Shown piece after piece: positions 1 through 13,234 of a DNA stretch of 64,000 nt; the first letter of the stretch is position 1; every line of letters begins with the position of its first letter. The position numbers and the translations under genes were made by a program. A model generated the notes under the pieces. That model saw only the letters and a list, made by a program, of their open reading frames with translations, ran no database searches and was not told the origin of the DNA. Source of the DNA: Leucoraja ocellata (taxonomy: Eukaryota); contig JAWMAR010000034.1 in NCBI GenBank assembly GCA_036785375.1, positions 4,588,001-4,652,000 on the forward strand, read 5' to 3'.

Positions 1-147
1 TAAATCGGAATAATGTTAAAAAATAGTAACTGAACAAATATCCAGCTGTATATAACGATTATGCAAACTGTCCTGGTGGCATTTTAGTTGACTAGAAGCA
101 TTGATGTTGAAGCCTACAATATGCCTTACACTGAGTGCACCAAACAG

Positions 148-512
148 TCATAGAATCATGCAGCTCAAATACAGGCACTTCAGTCCAACTCATTCAGACG
201 GGCCAAAATGCTCCATCTAAGCTAGTCCCATTTATCCACGTTTGCCCCTTATCCCTCTAAACCATTCCTCATATATCTGTCCAAATGTATTTTAAATGGT
301 GTTATTGTACCTGCTTCAACTACTCCCTCTGGCAGCTCAGTTGAAACACCTACCATCCTCAGTTAAAAAGCTTCATCCTCAGGTTCTCATTAAATCTTTC
401 CCCTCTCACCTTAAACATGCCTCTAGTTCTTGATTCCCTATCACGGGAATTCACCCAATCGATTCCCCCCGTGATTTTATACAACTCTATTCAATTACTC
501 CTCAACCTCCTT
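148..512 (-). mobile_element. Degenerate CR1/HER1 LINE 3' fragment
   Basis: Resembles the reverse complement of the CR1 RT C-terminus/3' UTR seen in better copies at 15461-16287 and 52714-53237. Confidence 0.6.
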
Positions 513-650
513 GAACATTGCATGGTATGACAACAACTTGTTCAGTGATGGGTCCTGTGCTCCATGTTCTCCCGAGATCTGATCTGCTGAGTTAGTTCAG
601 TACTTTGTGTCCTTTATGTAATAACCAGCATCTGCAGTTATTTATTAATC

Positions 651-780
651 TGAATGAACTCATGGCATGCGTAAGTACATGAGACTGGGTTGTTGTAGGC
701 ATTATGGAAACCTGGCTAAGAGAGGGACAGGGCTGGCAGCTTAATGTTCCAGGGTACAGATGTTACAGGGGAAATAGACC
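651..780 (+). mobile_element. CR1 ORF2 endonuclease fragment
   Basis: Reads VVGIMETWLREGQGWQLNVPGYRCY, an APE N-terminal motif; paralogous to 16530-16780. Confidence 0.65.
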
Positions 781-1378
781 ATTGATAAACACTATGAATA
801 AATGAGGCCCATGCACTGATCCTCCTCTAGCCCATTAGTTATAATCAGCAACACCAAAAACCTACTACCTGCTCATTAACTGTCAACTTTTTTTTTAACC
901 ATGCCAATACATTACAAGTACTAAATTATTTAAGTTTGTACTTTAACTTTGAATGCATCTTTTGTGGAACTTTACCAAAATCTTCCTGTAAATCTAAATA
1001 CACTATACTGCTTCTCCCCTATCTATTCCACTAATTGTATTCTCAAAAACTCTAGTTTATCAAATATGATTTCCTTTTTGAAAATTATGTTGAATTTATA
1101 TAATCTTGTTGATTTAAAAAAATCTTATTACCTTAGACCCAAGCATTTTCCCCAACAATGAAGTTGGTTTAACGTGTCTATAGTTCCCTGCTTTCTTTCC
1201 CCGCACTTTCATCAAATAGATTTAGTTTGTAGATTTACAGGAAAATTACGCATGCTGCCTTAGCTGTCTCATTTCACAAGAACATCAAAAAAATTAAAAC
1301 CCATGTAATGTAAATGCAATATAATACAGAAATGAACAACAGTCACCTAAATTGTACCCTGACACTTTCATCCCTTAA

Positions 1379-1930
1379 AGAGCTGTCCCACTTGGGCGAC
1401 CTAATTGGCGGGTTAGGAAGAGTTTGAAAAAATGACATGTTGAAGACCACCTTCGACTATGTAGAAGACCTCCATCGACCTCCTTCGACTATGTTGAAGA
1501 CTAGCCTCGACTAGCTATGACTAGCTATGACTAACTTCAGGGAAATTGGATACCGAATAGTGGAGAGAGAAGACGACCTCCTTCCATCTCCTTCGACGTC
1601 CCTTCGACTATGATGAAGACTATCTACGGCTACCTTCAACTACCCTCGATTACCTACGACTAACATGCCGACCTACTACAACTAAACCTACGAGTAAAAA
1701 AAGTATCGATTTTTTCCATGGTGACCTTTTTTTTACTCGCAGGCATTTTTTAACATATTGAAAAAAACGCCACAACCTAGCTGAGGCCTCGAGTACACGG
1801 AGACCACTCTCGAGCATGAAGGAGAGTTACGAAAACCTCCTACGACCTCGTGTCAACCATGCTGCGAGTATGAGTCGAGGGCAAACTAGCCAGAAATCGC
1901 CGATTAGGTCACCCAAGTGGGACAGGCCCT
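1379..1930. mobile_element. MITE, probably PIF/Harbinger-type
   Basis: ~33-bp TIRs (AG(G/A)GC(C)TGTCCCACTTGGGYGACCTAATYGGCG), TAA/TTA flanks, internal CTTCGACTATG-like repeats. Confidence 0.75.
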
Positions 1931-3423
1931 TTATTCACCCTGAACAACATTGAATCAGATCTTTATTTCCAACTATAGTACAAACAGGCAGGTTATTAAT
2001 CTTCTGTCAGAGCACTAAAGACTAAAGACCTTCTGGTGAATAATTTAAGGACATAAGAATAACCAGCATTTTCCACCTTGCCTTGCACAAATAACTCCAA
2101 CCAGAAGAAGCAGAATTGGCCCAAGCCCTCAAAAGGCGAGAGAAAAATAATGATCAAATTTATAATATATATAATAAATGTATGATAAATAATGATCATT
2201 TTCTCTCCAAAATATAAAAGGGTAATATGCACATGACGAGGAAACAAAAAGGCAGAATGTTCAACTTGTTAATTTAAAAAAACTGCAACTATTCTCTTTT
2301 CTTAGAGGTACTTTCAACCACCCTTTGTCAGTACCACATTAGGGCTCTAATATCTGGATTACAATGCAGCTGCATTATTCATCAGCATCAGTTCATTCAT
2401 CATCATTTAACAGGTTGGCTTCAGCACCACAGGGTTGGCCCTGTGAGAACCTGACAACAGCTCTCAAGAACTTTTTACTGAGTCAGTATATTTTGGTAAT
2501 TGTGGATTCCTGGAAAATCCTTACTTTGCTGCAATGTCCAAAGGTTGATTAGGTTAAAGTTTGCATTCAAGCAAATATAAAATGACTAACCAAGAATTTC
2601 TCGTGAGGAACGCTGTGAACAGCAGCAAGGTGTCCCCATGGAGAGATATAAATCAGTTTTTATTCCTTCACCCCCATTTAATTCCCTCAACAATTTTCTC
2701 CAGAATATATCAGTTAGACTGGCAGGTGAAAAGACACGGACAGTCTGCTATTAACTTAAATCAGGAAGGTAAGAGTCAGGCAACAAAGAATTTCTATACT
2801 TGAGTCGCTGGGTTATATCACAAAAGACAAATCATAAAATAAAATTATCATTCAAATGTTCTTTCTAATTTCAGTGCACTCGGGTTATATGAAAAGTGGA
2901 GCAACTGTTTCTGTTTCATGTTGTTCTTTTGTATGCAAACTTTGTCTGTGCAAAGCAATTCAAAGCCAAAACTAAAAATATTTTATTGCGTTTTGCCAAG
3001 CAGAAATAGATGAATAAATATAAACCCATTTTTCTACCTGTAACTTCATTGATCTCAACTCTCTCTACTCTGTTATTTAGGAATGCTCAAAATTAAAAAT
3101 AAGCCATTTTCCTCAAACAGTATCTCTGCTGATTCTTTACGGCATAGCAAGAATGTGAACAGAAGCTCCAGAAATGATTATTTCTTTCAAAACAACAGAT
3201 GACAGCTTGTTTATCATCCTTGGCTCTCTGCCCCACTTCCCATCATATGACTGCTTTAGCTGTCTCCTTTCGCAAGGACACCAAAAGAAATAGAAAGAAA
3301 AATCCACACACAATATTTCTGCAGAAACTAAATGCAGTCACTTAAATTCTACACATGTGACTAGAGCTTTCAGGGAATGAACAATATTTACTAATTTAAG
3401 ATTTCCAACTCCAGCTCTGGCCC

Positions 3424-4230
3424 TCACATGTCCAATTTATATATTTTAAGGCCCACTGATATCGGTTTATCTTCATCACAGCAGTTAAAAGCCATATTAT
3501 CCACAGGTCTTTGGGTTGTACGACCGACTTCTATGAGATGTTGGTGCATGGTGCTTGAACTTAGTGAGACTCCCACTGCCTCCAAGTCTTTCTTTAGGGC
3601 ATTGCTTGTCTTTCCCGGATGCTTGTTACGTTGCCAAATCAGCAAGGCATCATCTCTTGGAGTTGTCTGCCTGTTGTGAATGCACCTACATGTCCTCTCG
3701 GGCAATAGTTTAATTTATTTTAGAGATACAGCGCATAATCAGGCCCTTTGGCCCACCGAGTCCGCATCGACCAGCGATCCCCACACATTAACACTACATA
3801 ACTAGGGACAATTTTTTAAACATTTTATTCCAAGCAAATTAACCCACAAACCTATATGTCTTTGGAGTGTGGGAGAAAACCGAAGATCTCGAAGAAAACC
3901 CACGCAGGTCACGGGGAGAACGTACGAACTTCGTACAGACAGCACCCGTAGTCAGGATCGAACCCGAGACTGTGTGGCAGCAACTCTACTGCTGCGCCAC
4001 CGTGCCACCACAATAGTGATCCAGTTTTGGACTCTTACATGACAATCCCAGGTGCAGAACCATGACCCACCACCACCAACTTTGCGATCTCTCGCTGTGA
4101 CTTCAAGCAATGTTGATGCAAGGTTATGATCTTTATTCGCCTCCTTGAAGTGATATCCACTTTGTGAACTGCTTGATATCCATCTCTTTCAATTGCTTGG
4201 AGAGTTCTTCTCAAATGATGATAAACCAGT
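3424..4230 (-). mobile_element. Old Tc1 transposase remnant interrupted by a SINE
   Basis: DITSRRRIKIITL..SQREIAK (4035-4259 ORF) and TTPRDDALL..PGKTSNALKKDL..SSSTM (3424-3705 ORF) match the Tc1 N-terminal HTH regions. Confidence 0.75.
3710..4010 (-). mobile_element. HE1-type tRNA-derived (V-)SINE
   Basis: A/B-box head, V-domain core, CR1-like tail; 7-bp TSD CAATAGT at 3703-3709 and 4011-4017. Confidence 0.85.
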
Positions 4231-5151
4231 GGGGGGGGGGGGGGGGGGCGATAATGCAATACTGAAACAACACTAGTATAAGGTTATTTTGTCTTTAGTT
4301 TATTTTGAATGCTTTTCCCAACACATGTAATATTAGCCCTTTTGCCGACTTTAAGATCTGGAAAAATCAGAAAAATTGTTGGGGTTTTTTTAAGTTCTGG
4401 AGAGTGAGGAGGAAGAGAGAGGAACCAGAATGAACAAATTCTGAAATGGGGCCATTGTAAAATGGGGTTGTAAGCTAGCTGTAGGTACAAAATAGAAACA
4501 CAATAAATTCTAGCACCTTGTGTAAAATGAAGTATACCTTTTAACAAGATAAATTCACATGTTTTACAATTACCTTAATTTTACATCACATATGCTAATT
4601 CATTGATAGCAACGAAACATTGTTGCACATTTATAAAATAGAATCACTGACCATTTTAATCTATCCACATCTACAATGTCCTGATGTTAATCAAACAACA
4701 CCAAAACATCTTCTAATGTGAATAATGTTTTCAACATAAACACTAGAGGGCAAGAGAGACCACCTTGCACTATTTTGAAATCAGAGAAAGCTCCAAAATC
4801 TCTAGTGACTTTCAGTCTGAGAATTCTGAATGGTTTGAAACCTATCATCTTTGAGTGGTACATATGTCCAAATAGGCTTAATGCAAAACCGTGACAGAGA
4901 GCTTGATTGATAGTGTGAAATTCCTTATTCTGCCAAGCCGTGACTGCCATAACATTGAGAAATAAATGTTCTCGTGGTTCATCAAGTAAATCCCTCAAAT
5001 GTCCTGCATGCCTCTGTATAAAATGCCTTTTACATACTTTAATTGCAATTCAGTTTCAAGTGTTTTTCCAAGTTATACACAGAAACGTCCCACAGCTTGC
5101 CTGATAACAGTCTTCTTTTTCCATGTGCTTGATGAAATTTATTTCCAACAA

Positions 5152-5451
5152 GGGCGGCACAGTGGAGCAGCGGTAGAGTTACTGCCAGACCCAGGTTCAA
5201 TCCGGACTTCGGGTGCTGGCTGTACGGAGTTTTAAGTTTTCCCTAATCCCACACGGGTTTTCTCCATGTGCTTAGGTTTCTTCCCACACTTTAAAGACGT
5301 ACAGGTTTGTAATTTAATTGGTTTAGTTGTAAAAATTGTCCCTAGTGTCTAGGATAGTGTTAGTGTAGGGGTGATCGCTGGTCGGTGCAGACTCAGTGGG
5401 CTGAAGCACCTGTTTCCACACTGTATCTTCAAAGTCTAAAGTAAAGTCTAA
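5152..5451 (+). mobile_element. HE1-type SINE
   Basis: GGCGGCACAGTGG..GGTTCAATCC head, GGTTTCTTCCCACAC core, TAAAG-like tail. Confidence 0.85.
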
Positions 5452-5621
5452 CGTTTTTGGTTTTTTAAGTTAATTTTGATTTAAGGTTGCTGATTTATTT
5501 TCACAGCAACAGAAATGAGACAAAAGTGAAGTTGGAAAAAATCTGCAAGCTGCCTTAATCTGAAAATTGATCCATCTTATCTATTGTAATTCCCCTATTG
5601 CCACAACAGGTCCATAATTGA

Positions 5622-6410
5622 AGCCATCTCCCTGTCCCGAGACTCATCCCTTACATTCCAAACACCTAGATAACAAGGACACCTACCTCAGACTCCTTCA
5701 TTGTCCACATCTCTGCCATCAACACCATAATTACAAATAAACTAATTTCCAAACTCCTGGACCAAGGACTCCCACCTCTGCAAATGGATCCGAGACTTTC
5801 CGACCCACAGACAACAATGAGTGGGGATAGGCAACAAAACATTCTCCATGATAATTCTCTGACCAGTCCTTCACAAGGCTGGATTCTCAACCTCTTACAA
5901 TACTCCGTATACACTCATGATTGTGTGGCCAAATTCTGTTCTAATTCCATTTAGAAGTTTGTAGATGACACCACCATTGTATGTCAGAGCTCAAACAATA
6001 AGGAGACACATTAAAAGAAGGAGATAGAGAAACTAGTAACATGGTATCCAGACAACCTCTCCCTCATGAACTCAAAAGAGTTGGTGGAATACACGCCCAA
6101 CTCTACATCAATGGTGCTGATGTGGAGATGGTGAGAGTTTCATGTTCTTATGCATGAATATCACCAACAATTAGTGCTGGTCCAGTGATATTGACATTAC
6201 GGCCAAGGAAGCACACCAATGCCTATTCTTGCTCAGAAGACTAAGGAAATTCGGCATGTCTCAAATGACTCTTCCCAATTTCTACTGACACGCCATAGAT
6301 AGCTTTCTATTTGATGTATCACCATTAGGTTTGGCAAATGCTCTGCGCAAGACGACAAGGAATTACAGAGAGTTGTGGATGCAACCCAGTACATTACGCA
6401 ATCCAACTCT
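5622..6410 (+). mobile_element. Degenerate Rex1/Babar-like LINE RT fragment
   Basis: Broken RT frames including KFVDDTTIV (YADD-equivalent) and LRKFGMS. Confidence 0.7.
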
Positions 6411-6544
6411 AATACATCACACAAACCAGCTAATCCCTCCAAACTCTTCCTCTGGGCTCTTTCACTCTCTCTCTGCCCCTTCCCCTTCTTCACCTAATAT
6501 TCCTCTCCTTGCTCCTCTTTTTCAACCTCATCCTTGACAGTTTT

Positions 6545-6797
6545 GGGAAAGGTTTTTCACACAGAGAGTGGTGAATCTCTGGAACTCTCTGCCACAGAGG
6601 GTAGTTGAGGCCAGTTCATTGGCTATATTTAAGAGGGAGTTAGATGTGGCCCTTGTGGCTAAGGGGATCAGGGGGTATGGAGAGAAGGCAGGTACGGGAT
6701 ACTGAGTTGGATGATCAGCCATGATTATATTGAATGGCGGTGCAGGCTCGAAGGGCCGAATGGCCTAGTCCTGCACCTAATTTCTATGTTTCTATGT
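6545..6797 (+). mobile_element. Young CR1/HER1 3' end
   Basis: FTQRVVNLWNSLPQ..GYGEKAGTGY, tail (TTTCTATG)n; nearly identical to 52714-52960. Confidence 0.9.
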
Positions 6798-7989
6798 TTA
6801 CTCTCTCAGGCTGCAATGCTCTTTCTTGCTGTGCGTGCATTTGCATGTACACACGTATTTTGCCACAAGTTTATTGATTTCAATAAAATGAGTGGTTGAT
6901 GATCAGCACAGACTTGGTGGCCTAGGGTCTGTTGTCATGCTGTATCTCTCTACAACTCTAAAATGCAAAAGGGTATTGCATCGGATAAACAGATGGTCAT
7001 ATTCATACTCAGTGGAGTGTTTTTCCATTCATTTCTATTTATACAGATACACAACATCAAAACAGTGTTCTGTTTGCATCAAGCACATTGCAGTTTAAAA
7101 CTAAATATAGTGTTGAAACCACCAGGCCACCAAGCCAAAACATAACACTTAGATTATCATGTTGGCTGCATGGAGAAAACTGTACTCAAAATAGATATTT
7201 ACACCCAAAACTGTCTCTCTCAATGCAGATAAGCGTTTTGAGTATTTGTCAATGAAATTTAAATTGTAATTCAGGATATTTTGTTGAACTGTAATCATAT
7301 GGTCTGGTGATGTACAAATGCAAACTGGCTGCTTCAAGTCTCAAACTTTGCACTGTGCAACTACAGATCGGCATGTAAAGCGTCTCAGGAAATGGCTCAT
7401 AGTCAAAAAAGGTATTGCACTGTGGTTTCCTGTTTGAAATCCAGCGCTATGTTCTTCTGACAAGCAATCCTTCTGTACATCGAATATATGCCACCTTCTT
7501 CCACCCTGTATTGCCACTAAATTGTGTTCAAAGTATGGAACCAGCCACCCCAAGCGGATCAATTTCAATGCAAACCTGTCATTAAGCAACATTCTTAACA
7601 TGAGGCAATGAGAGAGTAACCAAAAGCTAAGATAAAAAAGCAGATTTTGAAAAAAGATTGAGAATTTGGACCAAATGTAGCCAAATGGATCACTATAATA
7701 TACACTTATACACAGTATTCATACACTTTTAACAATCACACCAAAGGAGAAAGCTAATTGGCCTTTTCTATGTTTGTTAACTCTTTGAAGAGCTATCCCA
7801 CAAGTCTGTAAACTCTTTTCTATTTTCCTCATTTTGATTTATTTCTTAAAATTATTCATGGATTCAGCTTCCCCGAACCTATCAGAAAAATAATTTCCAT
7901 ATCGCAACAGTGAAAGTGAAAGATGTCTCTCCTTATCTTGCAAGATCTTTAGCCGCTGATTTTGAATTTATCACCTTTAGTCAGATTGG

Positions 7990-9060
7990 GATCAGTTTAT
8001 TGCCCGATTAACCAGGTGTAATTAAATGTTTGTTCGCATGAAGCTAACACAGCAGACAATATAAATGATAATGATAAATACAATGATAAATCCAATGTCA
8101 AGTTCAAAACAGTAAACCACTACAAAGATTGTATTGTACCCTGTAGTGAAAAAATGAAAGTGTAATAAAGGAATAAATTAATAAGGTAGAGTTAAGATTA
8201 AGAGTATGCGGCAGTACCTCCGGGAAGCATGTGTGATGGAGGTTGCTGGTTCAGGAGTCTGATAGCTGAGGAGAAGAACCTGTCATTAAGTTTGGGCTTT
8301 GAAGCTCCCAGAAGGTAAAAGAGAGAAGGGAATGGCTAGGGTGGCAGGTAGCCTTGATGATACACTGATCTGGAACTGAATAAAAATGATCAATTCAAAA
8401 TCCGCTGCAGAAGATCCAGGAAGATGAGGAGAGACCTCTTTCACTTTAGTTACTGGGATATGAAACTATTTTTGATAGGATTTGGTAAGCCGATTCCATG
8501 AATAGTTTTAAGAAATATGTTGGAATGAGAAAGACAGAACATAAAATGAATGAATTAATAAGTTTATTGGCCAAGTATTCACATACAAAGAATTTGGCTT
8601 GACAACAAATGTTTGCTTATAGTTGTGGATAGCTCTTCAAAGAGTCACCAAGACCATATAAGGTCAAACAGCCTTCCTGATGCAACACACCGTGACGATA
8701 GACTGAATGGAAGGACTGAGCTGTGTTCACCACTCACTGCTGATGCAGGTAGTAAAGAACGGAGCGTTTGCTATACCATGCTGAGATGCATCCTATCAGA
8801 ATATATTCAAGGGAATCCTTGTGGAAATGAAGAATCCTCTCAGATATCTAAAAAAGTTAGTAAGCTGGTGGCTTTCTTATTCATCGCATCACTGTGAAGG
8901 GACCAGTTAGCTTGCTGGTAATATGGACACGTAGGAACTTGAAACTGTCAACCACCTTCACAGCAGTTCCGATTATGAGGACAGAGTTGTGTTCATCCCA
9001 CCCTCATTTCTTTATGCCAACAACCAATGCGTTCATCTTGTTGACATTAAGGGCCAGTTG
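7990..9060 (-). mobile_element. Degenerate Rex1-like LINE 3' fragments
   Basis: TTTATTGCC/TTTATTGGCC 3'-tail motifs and RT-like remnants resembling 56112-57270. Confidence 0.5.
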
Positions 9061-9063
9061 TTT

Positions 9064-9185
9064 AAGAAAGAACTGCAGATGCTGGAAAAATCAAAGGTAG
9101 AAAAAAAAGCTGGAGAAACTCAGCGGGTGAGGCAGCATCTATGGAGCTAAGGAATAGGCGATGTTTCGGGTCGAGACCCTTCTTA
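9064..9185 (-). mobile_element. Penelope-derived short element
   Basis: Reverse complement of the family at 31443-31572. Confidence 0.8.
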
Positions 9186-9984
9186 TGACATAAGGTTCCT
9201 GATCTCTTTGCTGTACTCCGTCTTGTCATATTTGTCAGTATTTCTCTCTTTCTACTCATGTTTAAACCTTTGGTTGATTTGAATACCTCTTGGGTGTGAA
9301 CACTGTTCCAATGAGAACAATCTTAACTTTCCTAATGTCCGCTTACACAAGTCCCTCATCCTTGGTAACATCCTGATGAACACCCTTCAAGGCCATTCTT
9401 TTACAAACAGACAAACAAGTTGCAACATTTTATACCATCGCACATTGATAACCATAACGTTTGCAACAAAAATATATTTATAGAAAAGCAAAGATCAGTT
9501 CTTAGTTAATGGTTTTGTATTTCAAAACATTCATGATTTTTTTCCCTAAAATTGTGTTTTTGGGTTCTCCCATTATAAATAAAGAATTATAAGTTCTTCT
9601 ATTTTACACATTTTCCCACCCATGCTCACACTACCTAATTATAATTTGTTCCTTATAGAAACTAAATGTTGGGTATTTCCAAAGGAGTACTGAGAAAGAC
9701 GTTAAACATAGTTCTAGACTTCAACGACTTTGAAACTTAATAAAGTTGGTTTGGAATTTCATAACTTTCACAAGAGTGCTCATGCACTCCTAACAATGTC
9801 ATAAGAACAATAATTTCACTGATTTACCATAAAAGAGAACTATGATTTAGAATGCACCTTTAACAAAGCAAAACATCCCAAGGTGCCTCAAGGCACCCAA
9901 TTTTGAGGTGAGAAATTAGGTTTGGTGAAAGAGGCTGCTTTTAAGGAATATTTGAAAGAATACTTCAAAAGAGGACAAAATTGT

Positions 9985-10410
9985 ATATCTTTATTGTCAT
10001 TTTCCTGAGTACTCACATACCCAGAGGAAACAAAAAAACGTTGCTCAACCAGTGTCCATTCAGTGTGCAGTAAAAAATAAATAGAAATAAAAATACATAT
10101 ATCATGAACAAATTAACACTCTACTCTCTACTAAACATCAACAGGCGTTCCGATCAGCAGCGGCACGACAGTGGCTCTGCTGCAGTGTGTCCAGGTTGGT
10201 GGTTGATGCGCGATACTTTGGCAGGGGGCAAAGTCCGTTTATCAGTCTTATAGCCTGCGGGAAGAAGCTGAGGAGCATCCTGCTGGTTTTGCAGCTAATG
10301 CTCCTGTACCTCTTCCCAGATGGCAGGATGGAGAATGTGTGATGCGATGGGTGGTAGGGGTCTTTGATGATGGAGATGGCTCTACTGATACATCTCTTCC
10401 TGTATATGTC
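9985..10410 (-). mobile_element. Rex1-like LINE 3' end
   Basis: Minus strand reads like DPYHPSH..FSILPSGKRYRSI..RMLLSFFPQAIRL followed by 3' UTR ending ACAATAAA. Confidence 0.7.
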
Positions 10411-11690
10411 TTTAAATTCCAGAGTTTATAGATAAAACATTTCAATGAAGGATGGCAGAATCCTTGCAGAACGTTGGGCCTCCCTGACGAAAACCTGCAC
10501 TTCATAGTTTACCTTGTTGAAGACAACTGGTCCTTTTGAAGCCAACTAGCAGACACTTAATGTCTGAAATTATCCTGCCCCTCCAATGACTATTGGCCAC
10601 TTCCCAGCCATTCTAACCAAGCATTCAAAGCAAGAGTATAAAAAGGCTCCTGGAGAACCTCCCACTGTTGCATTGAAAGAGCTTAACATTCATCTTGCCC
10701 CTCTCCCTCTCCTTAAATGCCTACATCATTCCCATTCCTGTTAGACTTGGGCCCGAAGTCTACCACAACAGTGAAGGCTTAGTTGGTGAAAGGAGGTCGA
10801 CTGCAGCTGTTTTACAGTAAATAGTTTGTAATTCAGGAAGAAATAAGAACTGTAAAGCAAATACTTGTTAATTTCCAGAAGTGAAAGGTTTGCATGCTTA
10901 TGCTCTGTAACTCATGAGATTGCATTGCGAGTTAGTTGGAATTTTTTAACCTCTCTCTGTCACATATAAACTGGGATGGGCCGAAGTTAAAATAGAGCAT
11001 GAAAACACCCGTGCCTCAATTCAATCATGCTCATTCCTTTCAGAGATAGGATGGCCAGCGTGTCATGCGGGAAAATCGTGATGTGGCAGAGAAGCAGGCT
11101 GTTTAATCCAGCAAGTGCAAAGTGATGTCTATGCTTCACACAAGCTTCCTCTCATTACTATTTGTTTGGCTTGGTTACAACTTTCTATTCCATTCTCCCT
11201 CACGCTGACCTAGCTTCCTCTTAAATGTATCTGTACAATTCACCTCAATCATTCCCTGTGGTAGTAAGTTCTAACCAAGTTAGTTACAGAAGTTCCTCCT
11301 AACTGCCATACTATATACATGAGTAATTATTTTATACATTTCGCAACTGGTTCAGATGTAAAGGATATTGCTATTGGATCAATAAGACTCCTATGTAATC
11401 TTTACACAGAAATAAGAAGGACAACCTGTCGTATCCCACCCAACAAAAACAGCCTAACTTGATTTTTTCTTTGGGAGATTATTGGAAGTAGGAGACCTCC
11501 TCTGACTTCATCAGTAAACATTCAGACTTCTGAGTTCAATCTCAGACTTTCTTAGAGATTCAACTAAATCAGAGATTGAAAGCATTCATTCAGATCAGTG
11601 CAAACACTCTTCAGTTGTATCCAACTTGCTCTTCAGTGGGAATGACCTCTTTCCAACCCTCTCGATCTAAACCATTCTTTTCCAATACAA

Positions 11691-11980
11691 ATTTAGTTTA
11701 ATTTTAGCGTGGCAATAGGCCCTTCGGCGCACTGAGTGCATGCTGACCAGTGATCCCCGTATGCCAGCATTATCATACACACTAGGGACGATTTACAATT
11801 TTTATCGAAGATAATTTAACCTAAAAACCTGTATGCCTTTGGAGTGTACGAGGAAATGGAGCACCCAGGGGAAACCCACGCAGTCACAGGGAGAACGCAC
11901 AAGCTCCTTACAGACAGCACCCCTAGTTAGGATCAAACCTAGGTCAGTGACACACTACACACAACACCACCATGCCACCC
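11691..11980 (-). mobile_element. HE1-type SINE
   Basis: Same family as 3710-4010. Confidence 0.8.
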
Positions 11981-12296
11981 TTTCCATTTTAGATTAACTC
12001 AGAGTCTATAACATAATTTATGCTCCACTCAAGCCTCCTCTGATCTTTTCTCATCTAAATTTGTCAGCATCACCTTCTACTCCCTTCTTTCTTTAAATAT
12101 ATCTAAACTATCCACCTCAACCACTCCCTGTAGGAGCAAGTTACACATTATTACCATTCTTTTAGATGGGCAGTTTCTTCTGAATTCCTTGTTAGATTTC
12201 TTAGTGACACCTTTATATTGATGTCCTCGAGTCATGCTTTTTCCTATGTGGAAATGTCCTTTCTGTAACAACTCTATCAAAACCTTCAACAAAGTC

Positions 12297-12660
12297 ATAC
12301 AGCATGTAAAATGGCCGTTCGGCCCAACCTGCCATGCTGCTCAAGATACCACATCTACACTCGACCCACCTGCTCACCTTTGGCATGCCCATTTGAACCA
12401 TTCCTATCTTTGTACCTATTAAAATATATTTTAAATGTTGTTACAGTATCTGCCTCAACTCTGACAGCTAGGTCCATATAACCACCAGCCTCTGTGAGAA
12501 AATGTCAGTCAGATTCCTATTAAATCTTTCCCGTCTCACCGTAAACCAATATCGCCTGGTTCTTGGTTCCCCATTACTGGATAAAATACTCTGTGTAGTC
12601 ACCCTATCTATTCCAATCATGATATTATACACCTGAGCCTCCTTCGCTCCAAGGAGTACA
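12297..12660 (-). mobile_element. Degenerate CR1 3' fragment
   Basis: Similar to 148-512. Confidence 0.55.
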
Positions 12661-12729
12661 TTCCAACAATTCCCTTTTTATATACTCTGTTATCATACTC
12701 ATCTGCTATCTGTGCACTAATATAGACTT

Positions 12730-12829
12730 GGCTGTGGTAATAATCTGAAGAAGGGTTTCGACCTGAAACTTTGCCTATTTCCGCTCCATAGATGCTGCCT
12801 CACCCGCTGAGTTTCTCCAGCATCTACCT
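12730..12829 (+). mobile_element. Penelope-derived short element with 14-bp TSD
   Basis: CTGAAGAAGGGTTTCGACCTGAAAC core; TSD ACTAATATAGACTT at 12716-12729 and 12830-12843. Confidence 0.85.
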
Positions 12830-13234
12830 ACTAATATAGACTTATTTCCTTACTCCCAGTTATTGTCCTCTTATCTCTCGTCTCATGAGTGTTTAGTTTA
12901 TTCTTTACTATCACCAGAATATACATTTTAAATGTTTCATGTGATTGTTCTCCATTATTATTCCTAGTTTTGTTGCTCATTTTATCTTCCCATTACCCAG
13001 CTCTTCAAGATCAGCTTTACTAAATCTATCAGAACAGTATTCTCATTTCTCCTTTCATTCCTCTAATCATATTTCTCAATCCATGCCTCTTGTGCCTGAG
13101 TCACAACCAATAAGAAACAATCTTTCATTACTTATCAATCAACTGTGACTCAGTTTCTTTGCAATCACAGGTCACGGGTTCAAACCCCAGTCCACGTGCA
13201 AGCACAAAAATAGGTTGACCTCTCGTCAGTTGTC

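Noticed and set aside
4687-4998. 103-aa minus-strand ORF
   Set aside because: Non-ATG start, no family resemblance, no clear splice sites
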